23,610 nucleotides of DNA from Myxococcales bacterium (lineage in GTDB: Bacteria > Myxococcota_A > Polyangia > Polyangiales > Polyangiaceae). Positions within the stretch are counted from its first letter, which is position 1, and each line of letters begins with the position of its first letter. Under the pieces are notes generated by a model. That model made no database searches and had not been told where the DNA came from. It saw only the letters and a list, made by a program, of their open reading frames with translations. Made by a program: the position numbers and the translations under genes. The stretch covers positions 1 to 23,610 of the forward strand of contig JAYTOU010000092.1 in assembly GCA_043747615.1 (NCBI GenBank), read 5' to 3'. Of the stretch, positions 8,012 through 16,664 are shown in pieces.

Positions 8012-9028
8012 CTAAGGCTCTTTTCGATCCAGCGGAGGCCAGTCGATCGGCTTCACGCCGTTCCTCTCCAACATGTCCCAGTAGAATGCAGCGCTCCCCT
8101 TCTTCTTGCGCTTGCGAAGCTTCGTCAACCGTTTGCGGTGTTTCCGGAAATATCCAAGGACCGTCTCCCCGGCCTTCGGCTCCACCGAGTGCTCTAGCAA
8201 GATGCTGATCGACGTGAGCTCGTCGACCGTTGGACACCGATCGCGCCCAAGCCCGAGGAACCCCCAATTATCGACGTAGCGGATCAAGCGCACATCCCGG
8301 CTCCACCAGCGCTTCTCTGCGTAGCATTCAAGGGCGCCACCGTGGATCCCGAGGAGCGGATCGACATGGTCGCCGACCCACTCAACAAAGCCGCTCTGAG
8401 GTTCCGTCCGCGAGTGCTTCCGCCAGTGTGCGACGGCCTCGGTTAGCACCTTTCTCAAGCGAGCAGCGACCTTGGCGTCGGCGTTCCAACCCGAATAATC
8501 CCAGTCCTCACCGATCCAGCCCTTGAACGTGCTCTCGATGACCTCGGACCATAGCCCGCCCGTCGAATCTTCAAATTGAGCTTGGGCGAAAGCGCGGATC
8601 GCTGCGCGAGCCTCCGCGATGCCGGTGAGTTTGCGCTTACCCGCACCCCGTCGACGGATTGCGTCCGGCTCGGGCACGCTCACCGATGCAGCGAGCGTGT
8701 CTAGGAAATCGGGGTCAGTTCCCAGCAGGTCCTTTTTCTTCTTCTTCAGATTCCGAATGTGGCCGCGGGCGATAGTCCGCGCGAGTGCGCCAATACTTGC
8801 GACAGGCACTCCTGCTTGGCGCTTACGCAGAAGGGTCTCGATCGTTGCCGAACCGATCTCTTCTTGCGCGTCCTTCGCGAGGCCCTTCGAGGCAGCCTCG
8901 CCTTCAGCGACTCCCCGGGCCGCGGCGAGCGCCAGATCCTTCTCCGATGTTCGTCCCTTACTCGTGAGCATTCGTGGCGGGGGAAACCCGTGGGAACCAG
9001 CCTGAACCACCACACAAGATAGCATCAT
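8012..9028 (-). CDS. Hypothetical basic protein with sigma-70 region-2-like N-terminus, 338 aa
   Basis: Long ORF; segment AQEEIGSATIETLL...GALARTIARGHIRNLKKK resembles ECF sigma region 2; Lys/Arg-rich patches. The start may be further downstream. Confidence 0.6.
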   Translation of the reverse strand: MMLSCVVVQAGSHGFPPPRMLTSKGRTSEKDLALAAARGVAEGEAASKGLAKDAQEEIGSATIETLLRKRQAGVPVASIGALARTIARGHIRNLKKKKKDLLGTDPDFLDTLAASVSVPEPDAIRRRGAGKRKLTGIAEARAAIRAFAQAQFEDSTGGLWSEVIESTFKGWIGEDWDYSGWNADAKVAARLRKVLTEAVAHWRKHSRTEPQSGFVEWVGDHVDPLLGIHGGALECYAEKRWWSRDVRLIRYVDNWGFLGLGRDRCPTVDELTSISILLEHSVEPKAGETVLGYFRKHRKRLTKLRKRKKKGSAAFYWDMLERNGVKPIDWPPLDRKEP

Positions 9029-9357
9029 CGGTCACCCCTGCGGGTGCGCTCGGTTGCCAAATCCACCACCGGCGCACGCTCACCACCGAGGCCGGTCACA
9101 AGCCGTTCGAGGGCGTCCGTCGCCACCTTCATGGCCTGAACGTCACCCACTACAGCAGCGTCCCGGACGGCGTCGGAGAGTGCCCCGATCAGACGCTCTC
9201 GCGGGCTCGAAGTGGTGGCTGCAGGTGGCGGCGGGGACTCCGACGGTGGGTCACGTCTGACATCGACCTCAGTCATTTCCCGGCTTTTGTAGGCGGTCAG
9301 CTCTCGTTGCGGCCCAGGCTCAGAATTTTGATTCCGCTTATCGTGGTTCGAATCCAC
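9025..9357 (-). CDS. ORF reading through att core; probable detached C-terminal segment of the element's integrase
   Basis: Frame is open across the whole antisense tRNA fragment (WFQRVDSNHDKRNQN) and continues about 100 codons (Pro-rich linker, helical hairpin, VVDLATERTRR); stop overlaps next ATG (ATGA). Confidence 0.55.
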   Translation of the reverse strand: MDSNHDKRNQNSEPGPQRELTAYKSREMTEVDVRRDPPSESPPPPAATTSSPRERLIGALSDAVRDAAVVGDVQAMKVATDALERLVTGLGGERAPVVDLATERTRRGDR

Positions 9358-9369
9358 GCGCTGGAACCA
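9325..9369 (+). other. att site: 3' half of tRNA-Gln(TTG), not an intact tRNA
   Basis: Anticodon loop TTTTGAT (9326-9332), TCCGC, T-arm CGTGG-TTCGAAT-CCACG, acceptor 3' strand CGCTGGA, A, CCA; upstream sequence lacks the matching TCCAGCG 5' strand, D-arm and full anticodon stem. Confidence 0.88.
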
Positions 9370-9419
9370 ATCCGATCAGCCCGCGTACGGCGGTGGATCG
9401 CCGTACACGCGGGTGTGGC

Positions 9420-10223
9420 TCAAGGCGCGGAAGTGTTGCTCGAGGTGGTGGGCACACTCGTGGCTGGCACGGTCGCGCTCGTGGTCGTTGTGTTCTGCAC
9501 GTATGGTTCCGTCACGCTGGTGCGGCCGCGCGCGACGCGTCGACCGCCGATATCGAAGCGCGCCTCGAGGCCCGCTGTTGCCATGATGTTCACGCGCGGA
9601 TCCGCGATGGTAGTGGAGCCGCCGGAATCTCGCGACTGCCACAAGTACAAGTTCGAGCTTCCGCCAATCACCGGCGCGATTGCGACGTCCTCCGAGACAC
9701 GCATGTCGAGGCCAAGCGAGAGCCGTGCGAGCTCGAAGCCATGACGGACGAAGTCGTTGCCGGCGCCATCGCGCAGCTCCCACATGGCGCGGTAACCGAA
9801 GCCGACGCGAACGAACGGGTCCACGCGATCATAGGGGTTGAAGTGAACGGTGATGTCGGGGCCTGCGCCGACGGCGCGCCCTCCTGCGCGTGAGCTCACG
9901 CCGTTCGTTACGTCTTTGCCGGAGCTGAACTCTGAATACATGCCCGTCATGCCAATCGCGACACGGGGCGTTAGCCGGTAGGCAATACCTAGGCTCGGCG
10001 CGATCGCGGATCGCGCGAAGTCGCGAACATCGGCCCCCTTCGCGACTTCGCCGAACGGCTCCGCGTACGCGAGGCCCGGAGTCAGCTCTAAGGCCCGCTG
10101 AGGGGCCCTCACGTGGCCGCGGAAGTACCCGTCGTCCCTGCGCTCTTGCGCCGACGCCGTCGCGGCCACCGACAGCGCCGCCACCGCGCCAACCATCACC
10201 GAGATCAAGTTGCCTTGAAGCAT
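9420..10223 (-). CDS. Outer-membrane beta-barrel protein, 267 aa
   Basis: Signal peptide ending ASA-Q, amphipathic beta strands (LGIAYRL, DPFVRVGFGY, GLEARFD), Thr/Ser-rich tail, purine-rich RBS. Confidence 0.85.
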   Translation of the reverse strand: MLQGNLISVMVGAVAALSVAATASAQERRDDGYFRGHVRAPQRALELTPGLAYAEPFGEVAKGADVRDFARSAIAPSLGIAYRLTPRVAIGMTGMYSEFSSGKDVTNGVSSRAGGRAVGAGPDITVHFNPYDRVDPFVRVGFGYRAMWELRDGAGNDFVRHGFELARLSLGLDMRVSEDVAIAPVIGGSSNLYLWQSRDSGGSTTIADPRVNIMATAGLEARFDIGGRRVARGRTSVTEPYVQNTTTTSATVPATSVPTTSSNTSAP

Positions 10224-10430
10224 GGTGTCTCCCTTTCGTTCCCTTCCCCCGTTCTGTGTCGGTCGTTAGAGCACGCTGCGTACCAGTTACCGATCGCCTG
10301 GAAAAATCCCAGCGGCGCTCGGTGCAGCATCTTCGCGCGCTGCAGCTCCGGATGGGTTTCGGCACGTGGCCTGTTGCCACAGTTGTAGAGCGTTGCCGTC
10401 ACACGATAGAGACCGGAGTCGGCGCTAATC

Positions 10431-10838
10431 GTGGTGAAGCCGCAGCGCTCGCTAGGGCGGCTGCCGGGCACGTGTGGTGCATCGCCAGCGCTTGTGACGA
10501 GCACCTCCGATGAGGCGAATGCAACGACCCGGTTCCACCACCGCTTAGATCGTCTCTTTCGTCGCGCATCGAACGTGGGCTCCGCCGACGCGGAGATCGT
10601 CGAGGGTCACTACCGCGGCATCCCCTTCCTCACAATCGCCCCGCCGACGTCGGTGCGCCTCGAGTCGATCGCTAGCTGGATGCTCCCCACACACCGCGCG
10701 ATGACGAAGCTCGTCGATTTCGGTCGCGACTGTGCGGAGCGCGCCCTGTCCGCCCGCACGCTCGGAGGCGAGCCAGCGCGCGCCCACAGACCCACCGTCG
10801 CGGTGACGCAGGCTCCTGCGGAGCGAGACCCCCGCTGA
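10431..10838 (+). CDS. Hypothetical protein (start uncertain)
   Basis: Most protein-like ORF in the gap between two clear genes; no motif recognised. Confidence 0.35.
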   Translation: MVKPQRSLGRLPGTCGASPALVTSTSDEANATTRFHHRLDRLFRRASNVGSADAEIVEGHYRGIPFLTIAPPTSVRLESIASWMLPTHRAMTKLVDFGRDCAERALSARTLGGEPARAHRPTVAVTQAPAERDPR

Positions 10839-10909
10839 CCGACGTTCGTGACGGGGGCACCGATTCACTGGCGCGACGTGCGGCGAACCGGCGTAGTAAG
10901 CTCCCGATC

Positions 10910-11335
10910 ATGGATTCGACGCACTCACTACTTCTGACGATCCACATCGTGGGCTTCGGCCTGTGGCTCGGAAATCTGTTCGCGATCGCGACCACGCTCA
11001 TAGAACGCGACGTCCTCGCCGAGGCTGGTGTGAAGACCGTGATCGCCCAACTCGCGAAGAAGATGGCGCGCGTCGCGGACATCGGCGCGCTTATCGCAAT
11101 CGTCGGCGGTGTGGCCCTGATTGCGACCGCGCCGGGCTACTACCTGCACCAACCGTGGCTCCACATGAAGCTGACCCTCGTGGTCGGGCTCCTCGGCGTC
11201 CACGGATTTCTGCGCATGAAGGTGAAGCGCGCGACGCAAGGACAGGGAATGTTTCCGCGCCCGATCATAGGAATGATGACCCTCCTCGCCGTCAGCATCG
11301 TCGCCCTCGCCTTCTTCAAGCCGCTTCAGCGCTGA
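10910..11335 (+). CDS. CopD/HemJ (UPF0093)-family membrane protein, 141 aa
   Basis: Four TM helices; N-terminal TIHIVG and QPWLHMKLTLV...VHG motifs typical of HemJ-like proteins. Confidence 0.75.
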   Translation: MDSTHSLLLTIHIVGFGLWLGNLFAIATTLIERDVLAEAGVKTVIAQLAKKMARVADIGALIAIVGGVALIATAPGYYLHQPWLHMKLTLVVGLLGVHGFLRMKVKRATQGQGMFPRPIIGMMTLLAVSIVALAFFKPLQR

Positions 11336-11528
11336 AGCGGCGGATCTCGAACGGGGCTCACCGGCGGATTCTGCACAGGCTCTTCGACGGGCGCCGGCGA
11401 CGGTAGATCCGGTTGGGGGCTCGGCTGCGGTGGGACGGGTGTGCCAGGCGAATGGGTCATGAGAGGTTTGATGTCGGAGCGGCCAGGTAGGTGCCGCTCG
11501 AGCAAGTGACCGGGAGACGTCTTGAAGT

Positions 11529-12863
11529 ATGTTGAGCTGCCTCGATGAGAATACCCCGGTCGTCGCGGTTCCCGCTTCTCGTCGCACGTTCACCGTCGTC
11601 CGCTTCTCCGACGGCGCGAAGACCTACACGGACATGGATTTTTCCAAGCCGAGCGCAGCTCCCAACACCGACCCTGGAACGACCGGCAAACAATCGGAGC
11701 TTTGCATTGCCCAAGGCATCGAGATGAGCACCGACCAGGACATCACGGCGCGGCCGAGCGCGGACGATGCCCAGGATTCCTGCGTGCTCATCGTCACCGA
11801 CGTTGGCGCGGAGAGCCTTGCCCGCGAGCTCGAGCGCCGAAAGTTCGTGCCTACGGTGGTGGCCGACGGAGCCCTCGCGATCGACGCGCTGGTGCGAAAC
11901 AGGTTTGACCTGCTCTTCATCGATGCCGAGCTTACTGGGCTGGAGGCAAACGATCTGGTGAGCGTGGTGCGCGCGTATGACCTCCAGGTGGCGATCATTC
12001 TCTTGTCGAGCCGACCGCCGCCCCAGAAGGCGGGACCCCTCGAGTACTTGCGGAAGCCCGTCTCGTCCACCGCCGTCGACGCGCTGCTGGCGCGGATCAA
12101 AGCCAAGCGCCTCGCACGCCGCACGGAGCGAACGGAGTTCATCCCGGAGCCCCCGAGCAGCGGCGCCGTTCGCACCACGAATTTCCAGCGCGCGCTCGAA
12201 CAGCTCTGGATCGCCTTCCAACCGATCGTGAGCGACGAAGGGCGAAGAGTATTCGGCTACGAAGCGTTGATGCGTAGCCACGAACCGACGATGAGGTCTC
12301 CGCTCGAGATTCTGGAGGCCGCGGAGAAGCTCGATCGCTTGCCGGAGCTAGGCCGCCGAGTGCACGGTCTCGCGGCCGCCACGTTCTCCGGAGCGCCTGA
12401 CGACACGACACTCTTCGTGAAGCTGCACGCGCGCGATCTCCTCGATCCGGGTCTCTACGACAACACGTCGCCCCTCGCGGCAATGGCCGATCGAGTGGTG
12501 CTCGAGCTCACCGAACGCGCAACGCTCGAGCAAATCGGAGAGGTCCGGCCCCGTCTCAGCGTCCTGCGCTACCAGGGGTTCCGCGTAGCGATCGACGATC
12601 TCGGGACGGGTTACGCGGGGCTCACGAGCTTCGCGTCCGTCGAGCCGGAGTTCGTAAAGTTGGATATGTCGCTCACCCGAAATATTCACAAATCGCCCGT
12701 GCGCAGCCGTCTCGTGCAATCGATGCTCGACGTCTGTCGAGACTTGAAGATTCGCGTCGTCGCCGAAGGAATCGAAACCAAGGACGAGCTCGATGCCTTG
12801 GTGAAGCTCGATTGCGAGCTATTTCAGGGCTATTTGTTCGCTCGCCCTGCCATGTCGATCTAG
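11529..12863 (+). CDS. Response regulator with REC and EAL (c-di-GMP phosphodiesterase-like) domains; start may be 11634 or 11724
   Basis: REC: FDLLFID...YLRKP; EAL: FQPIV, GYEALMR, LELTE, IDDLGTGY, VKLD, VVAEGIET, FQGYLFARP. Confidence 0.92.
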   Translation: MLSCLDENTPVVAVPASRRTFTVVRFSDGAKTYTDMDFSKPSAAPNTDPGTTGKQSELCIAQGIEMSTDQDITARPSADDAQDSCVLIVTDVGAESLARELERRKFVPTVVADGALAIDALVRNRFDLLFIDAELTGLEANDLVSVVRAYDLQVAIILLSSRPPPQKAGPLEYLRKPVSSTAVDALLARIKAKRLARRTERTEFIPEPPSSGAVRTTNFQRALEQLWIAFQPIVSDEGRRVFGYEALMRSHEPTMRSPLEILEAAEKLDRLPELGRRVHGLAAATFSGAPDDTTLFVKLHARDLLDPGLYDNTSPLAAMADRVVLELTERATLEQIGEVRPRLSVLRYQGFRVAIDDLGTGYAGLTSFASVEPEFVKLDMSLTRNIHKSPVRSRLVQSMLDVCRDLKIRVVAEGIETKDELDALVKLDCELFQGYLFARPAMSI

Positions 12864-12868
12864 TCGAC

Positions 12869-14476
12869 CTACAGCCGTCGTAGCTCTTGTACGAAAAAAA
12901 AGAGAATGATCACGACGCCGAACATGCCTTCGACGAGGACGGCGGCAGCGACGGCGGGACCGACGAGCCACGACGCGTAGACGAAGCTCGCGCCGACGAC
13001 GAACGCCATTCCGGAGATGAAGATGTGGAGGAGCGGAAGCCCGCGCTCGACCCGCTCGCGAGTCGTGTGCACGGCGCTCGTGAACCTCTGGGCGAGGAGT
13101 ATGAAGACGCCCATCGCCAAGTATGACGCCCCGCCTTTCGCGGATAGAAAGAAGTCGTAGGCGCCATGGACGGCCATCACCGCGAAGAGCGTCTGCGAAA
13201 ACTCGAACGAATTTTTGTCGGGCTCGCGCGCGAACTCGAAGAGCGCAAGCGAGGTGAGCCCGGTCATCGACATGTGCAGAAAATTCGCCGTGAGAAAGCG
13301 CGCCATGGCCGTGGAGAGGTCTTCGTGCTCGAAATAGAGGAGATTTTCCACGGCTGCGAAACCCAAACCGACGAGCGCTCCGCACACCAGCACGTCCAGC
13401 TTCGTGATCCACTCGCGGCGAAACCCGCGCAAAAGGAGAGGAAGGAGAGGCACGAAGAGCAGAAGCTTCGAGAGCTCCTCACGAAAGCCGACGCCGAAAA
13501 AGAAATAGAGAATGTCGTGGAGCGTCTCGCCGGTGTGCTCGAGGTGGAGGACCGATTCTTGGAGGGCGATGAGGATGTCGGTGGGATAGACGCTGATCAT
13601 CCCGAGCGCGAAGGCCGCTACGTAGAGGGGACCGCGCACGAACGGACGTTCACCGATCCTCCCGAGGCGAGCGCAGAAGACCAGCCAGGCTAGCCCCGAC
13701 ACGACCGCCAAGATCATCGGTCCCAGGCTGAATCGACCGTGGAACGTGGAGACCCACGACCACCCGAGCGCCCGCCTCCAATCACGGATCTCGACCGCGT
13801 AGCGGAAGTGCGTCCACGCGCTCGCCAGTCGATCCACGCGAGGATCCGTGAGTGCCTCGCCGACCGCAGGGAATCCGCCGGTGGCTTCGAGAATCGCGAG
13901 CGCCGAGTCGATGTCGTCGTGACGATCGAAGAGCACTCCCTCGCGCAGGTAGCGGCGTGCCGCGGCGTCGTGGCGGGTCAGGTAGAAGGCCTCACGCGCC
14001 AGAAGATGATTGGCCCAAGGCATTGGTGGGTCTGCGTCCGCCGCACGCTCCACCTCGAGGCGCTCGTCCTCCGAAACGCGATTGAGCCCGACGTCGTTCC
14101 AGTAGTGACCGAGGAGCGCGACGTCGCGAGAGAGATCTTCGCGCTCGAGCAGGACGTCGATCGCATGGTCGCGGACGGTCTCCGCCTTCTTCGGTTTGAT
14201 GGGAATGAGATCAGGCCGGCCATCCTCGTCGAGCGGCGTGGAGTTCACGTAACGATGAGCATCGAGGAAGGCCACTATGAGCGGCACGGTGACTGCGCCG
14301 TGCTCGATCTGGCTAAAATAGAGCGTTTCCGCGTTGCCGTATTTTCCGGCGTGCGCGAGCGCAGCGGCCCGCGCTTCGTTCGTTCGGCGGCTGTGCGCAA
14401 GCTTGTTTGCAAGTGCGCCGCACGCCGCGGAGGCAAGCAGAATCAACACCACGAACCATCGCAACCCTCGCGTCAT
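12869..14476 (-). CDS. prsW: PrsW-family intramembrane metalloprotease with extracytoplasmic helical N-terminal domain, 535 aa
   Basis: GFREELSK, GLGFAAVEN, FLH and HGAYDF motifs; multiple TM helices. Confidence 0.88.
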   Translation of the reverse strand: MTRGLRWFVVLILLASAACGALANKLAHSRRTNEARAAALAHAGKYGNAETLYFSQIEHGAVTVPLIVAFLDAHRYVNSTPLDEDGRPDLIPIKPKKAETVRDHAIDVLLEREDLSRDVALLGHYWNDVGLNRVSEDERLEVERAADADPPMPWANHLLAREAFYLTRHDAAARRYLREGVLFDRHDDIDSALAILEATGGFPAVGEALTDPRVDRLASAWTHFRYAVEIRDWRRALGWSWVSTFHGRFSLGPMILAVVSGLAWLVFCARLGRIGERPFVRGPLYVAAFALGMISVYPTDILIALQESVLHLEHTGETLHDILYFFFGVGFREELSKLLLFVPLLPLLLRGFRREWITKLDVLVCGALVGLGFAAVENLLYFEHEDLSTAMARFLTANFLHMSMTGLTSLALFEFAREPDKNSFEFSQTLFAVMAVHGAYDFFLSAKGGASYLAMGVFILLAQRFTSAVHTTRERVERGLPLLHIFISGMAFVVGASFVYASWLVGPAVAAAVLVEGMFGVVIILFFFVQELRRL

Positions 14477-14482
14477 CGTCGT

Positions 14483-16513
14483 CTACGGGCAGGGAGTGCC
14501 GAGCGGAGCAGGAGCAGGGACCGTGGCCGTCCCCCTCCTGACGAGCGAGTCGAAGAAGCACCCGTACTGGTACTTCACGCTGTCGAGCTGTGAGTAAATG
14601 GCGTGCGGATCGTAGAGGCCGTCCCCTTCGTACTGCACGACGACCCCGGTGTACGGCAGGCGCGCGAGTGACGTCCGATTTTGCGTGACCGGATAGGTGG
14701 CGATCCCCTTCAGCCCGCCGAGGCTCAGCGTGTCTTGCATCGTCGGCCACACGACGTCGCCCGCTTCTTGGTTTCCATAGGCGAGCGCGGCTGCGTCTTG
14801 CACCGTGGTCGGAAAGTACGAGTCGCCCTTTCCTACAGCCTGAAAGACGGATCGCGTGGGGTGCGCGGGCAGCGGAAGCTCGGCCAAGCGCGGCATGTAC
14901 ACCATCGGATCAGAGGGCTCGAGCGCCGTCTGCGCGAGGGCCATCGTCGGATGCATGAAGGTGTACGGAACGTGTATTCCGAGGAGGAGACCGAGCTTGC
15001 CGGGAAGCATGGGGACGAAGGTCGTCTTCAAGATGAAGTAGCTCCAGTACCCGCCCGCGCCCGTGGGAACGACAGCCTTCACACGGGGTTCGACGGCGCT
15101 GATCATGTTCGCGTACATCGCGCCCATCGATTGGCCCTGGGTGAGAACCGGGTCTTCGCGAAAGTGGTACGCCGTCTCGCCTGCGGGGAGAGCCATCCCG
15201 GTGCACGTGGTGACGACGGCGGGATCGATGGTGAGCCTTTTGAGAGCGTCGATGAACAAACGTTGTTCGAGGATCCCCTGACGAAAAATATCTCGCAGCG
15301 ATGCGACGTTGTTGATGTTGAAGTACTCGGGCAGATCTTTGTGGGCTCCGCCGGGATAACGCTGCGGATTGACGGGGAGCGCGCTCGCCGCCATGGCGAT
15401 CCCGTGCTCGGCAAGCACGTACGACGGCCCCTGCCCGCGCGTATTGCAGCCCGTCTTTCCGTTCCACGTATCCAGTGTCCCATCGGGGCACTTCGTGGCG
15501 TCCGTTTCGAGGTGCCACGGACCGCGGTCGGCAATCGCGGTGCTGACCCCGCCCGTTCCGTGGAAGTACACGACGAGAGGGTAACCGCCGGACGGCATGG
15601 GCGTCTTCGGAAGCGAGATCGTGATCGGCGCCGTCTCGTCGCGTGTCTTAATGGGAAGACCATCAGCGCCGAACGTGAACGACCCGTCCGTGTCGAATGG
15701 TGGCAAGCCTTGCTGGAACTGTGGGTAGGTGACTTGCCCTTGAAGCTCGCAATAGCGGTCGAGGCTCGCCCCGCCCTTCGGATCGACGGCAAGTGAACCG
15801 ACGTCGACCTTGTACGAAGCGAGCACCTTCGTCGAGAGATCAGAGGTGTCTTTGACCACGTCTCCGGTCGTAAACACGGTGGCTGCGGCCACGTCGGCAC
15901 TGTGGAGTCCGCGCCCTTCGAGCGTGCTCCACAGCGGCGCAAAGCTCTCGAGCTTGGTGAGTGCCGCGGGCGCACCGAGCAGCCGTCCCTTCGCGTCTTT
16001 GAGCGAGCGCATCACCACGAAGGCGTATTGGTGATGCGGCGCGAGAATGAATCCCGGCCTCGGCGCAACGGCGAGCATGTTTTCCGGAAAGTAAGAGTCG
16101 GAGGGCGGGGTTGACGCGACGGTCGGAACCAACGCGCCGCCGGCGAGATCGATGAGGAGCACGGGCGACGAGTCGCTGCTTGCGATCGTGGTGTCGATGT
16201 CCTGCGGGGTGACGGGAGCGGAAAAACGAAACCAGGCCACGGGCATCTGGGGGAAGCCCGTGCGGTCCATCGCGATGCGTCGGATCCCTTCGAGGATGGT
16301 GCTCACGATCGGGTTGGGCACGCCGCTGAGCTCGGGCGTGCCCCTGGGAGTAAGACGCAGATCCGACGGGTAAGGAAAATCGAAGAAGTGCTCGGGCGAC
16401 TTGAGATCCGCCGCTAGATCGAAGGAAACCACGGTGCTCGGGGGATCGCTCGAGCCCGGCCCACCGCAAGCGCCAAGGGCCGTAATCAGTGCCGCCCAAC
16501 CCATTCTGTGCAT
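14483..16513 (-). CDS. Lipoprotein with alpha/beta-hydrolase domain, 676 aa
   Basis: Lipobox LGAC after MHRMGWAALITA; YPLVVYFHGTGG, nucleophile elbow GQSMG, late D (GDSY) and H (DPH); start trimmed from 16888. Confidence 0.85.
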   Translation of the reverse strand: MHRMGWAALITALGACGGPGSSDPPSTVVSFDLAADLKSPEHFFDFPYPSDLRLTPRGTPELSGVPNPIVSTILEGIRRIAMDRTGFPQMPVAWFRFSAPVTPQDIDTTIASSDSSPVLLIDLAGGALVPTVASTPPSDSYFPENMLAVAPRPGFILAPHHQYAFVVMRSLKDAKGRLLGAPAALTKLESFAPLWSTLEGRGLHSADVAAATVFTTGDVVKDTSDLSTKVLASYKVDVGSLAVDPKGGASLDRYCELQGQVTYPQFQQGLPPFDTDGSFTFGADGLPIKTRDETAPITISLPKTPMPSGGYPLVVYFHGTGGVSTAIADRGPWHLETDATKCPDGTLDTWNGKTGCNTRGQGPSYVLAEHGIAMAASALPVNPQRYPGGAHKDLPEYFNINNVASLRDIFRQGILEQRLFIDALKRLTIDPAVVTTCTGMALPAGETAYHFREDPVLTQGQSMGAMYANMISAVEPRVKAVVPTGAGGYWSYFILKTTFVPMLPGKLGLLLGIHVPYTFMHPTMALAQTALEPSDPMVYMPRLAELPLPAHPTRSVFQAVGKGDSYFPTTVQDAAALAYGNQEAGDVVWPTMQDTLSLGGLKGIATYPVTQNRTSLARLPYTGVVVQYEGDGLYDPHAIYSQLDSVKYQYGCFFDSLVRRGTATVPAPAPLGTPCP

Positions 16514-16664
16514 CGCATGACGATAGCGAAGATCACGGACGCTTGGGCGGGATCGGCATCGGGATGAGCCCACTGCGCCGGCCGTGGCGGCGACGATGGC
16601 CGTGCGCATGCGAGGATTGTACATCAACGTGGTGAGCGCGCGTCGGCAGGGATAACCTCGCGTC

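Larger units (their letters stand above)
1..9369. mobile_element. Integrated prophage/phage-satellite-like element (right part; left end outside window)
   Basis: Phage-type replication genes (HTH initiator + DnaB), resolvase-like and terminase-small-like genes, TA/defence cargo, bounded on the right by a tRNA 3' fragment; chromosomal-type genes resume at 9420. Confidence 0.85.

Noticed and set aside
9295..9369. Intact tRNA-Gln gene
   Set aside because: No 5' acceptor strand (TCCAGCG) or D-arm, and the 5' anticodon stem CAGAA does not pair with TCCGC; only the 3' half is present.
14681..15796. 371-aa plus-strand ORF and similar long antisense ORFs (13739-14593, 20657-21712, 11457-12281, 8974-9744)
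   Set aside because: Shadow frames opposite well-supported genes, expected in high-GC DNA; no recognisable motifs.
16597..16611. Sigma-54 promoter TGGC-N7-ATGC upstream of the lectin gene
   Set aside because: GG-N10-GC spacing fits but the match to TGGCACG-N4-TTGC is weak and likely by chance at this GC content.
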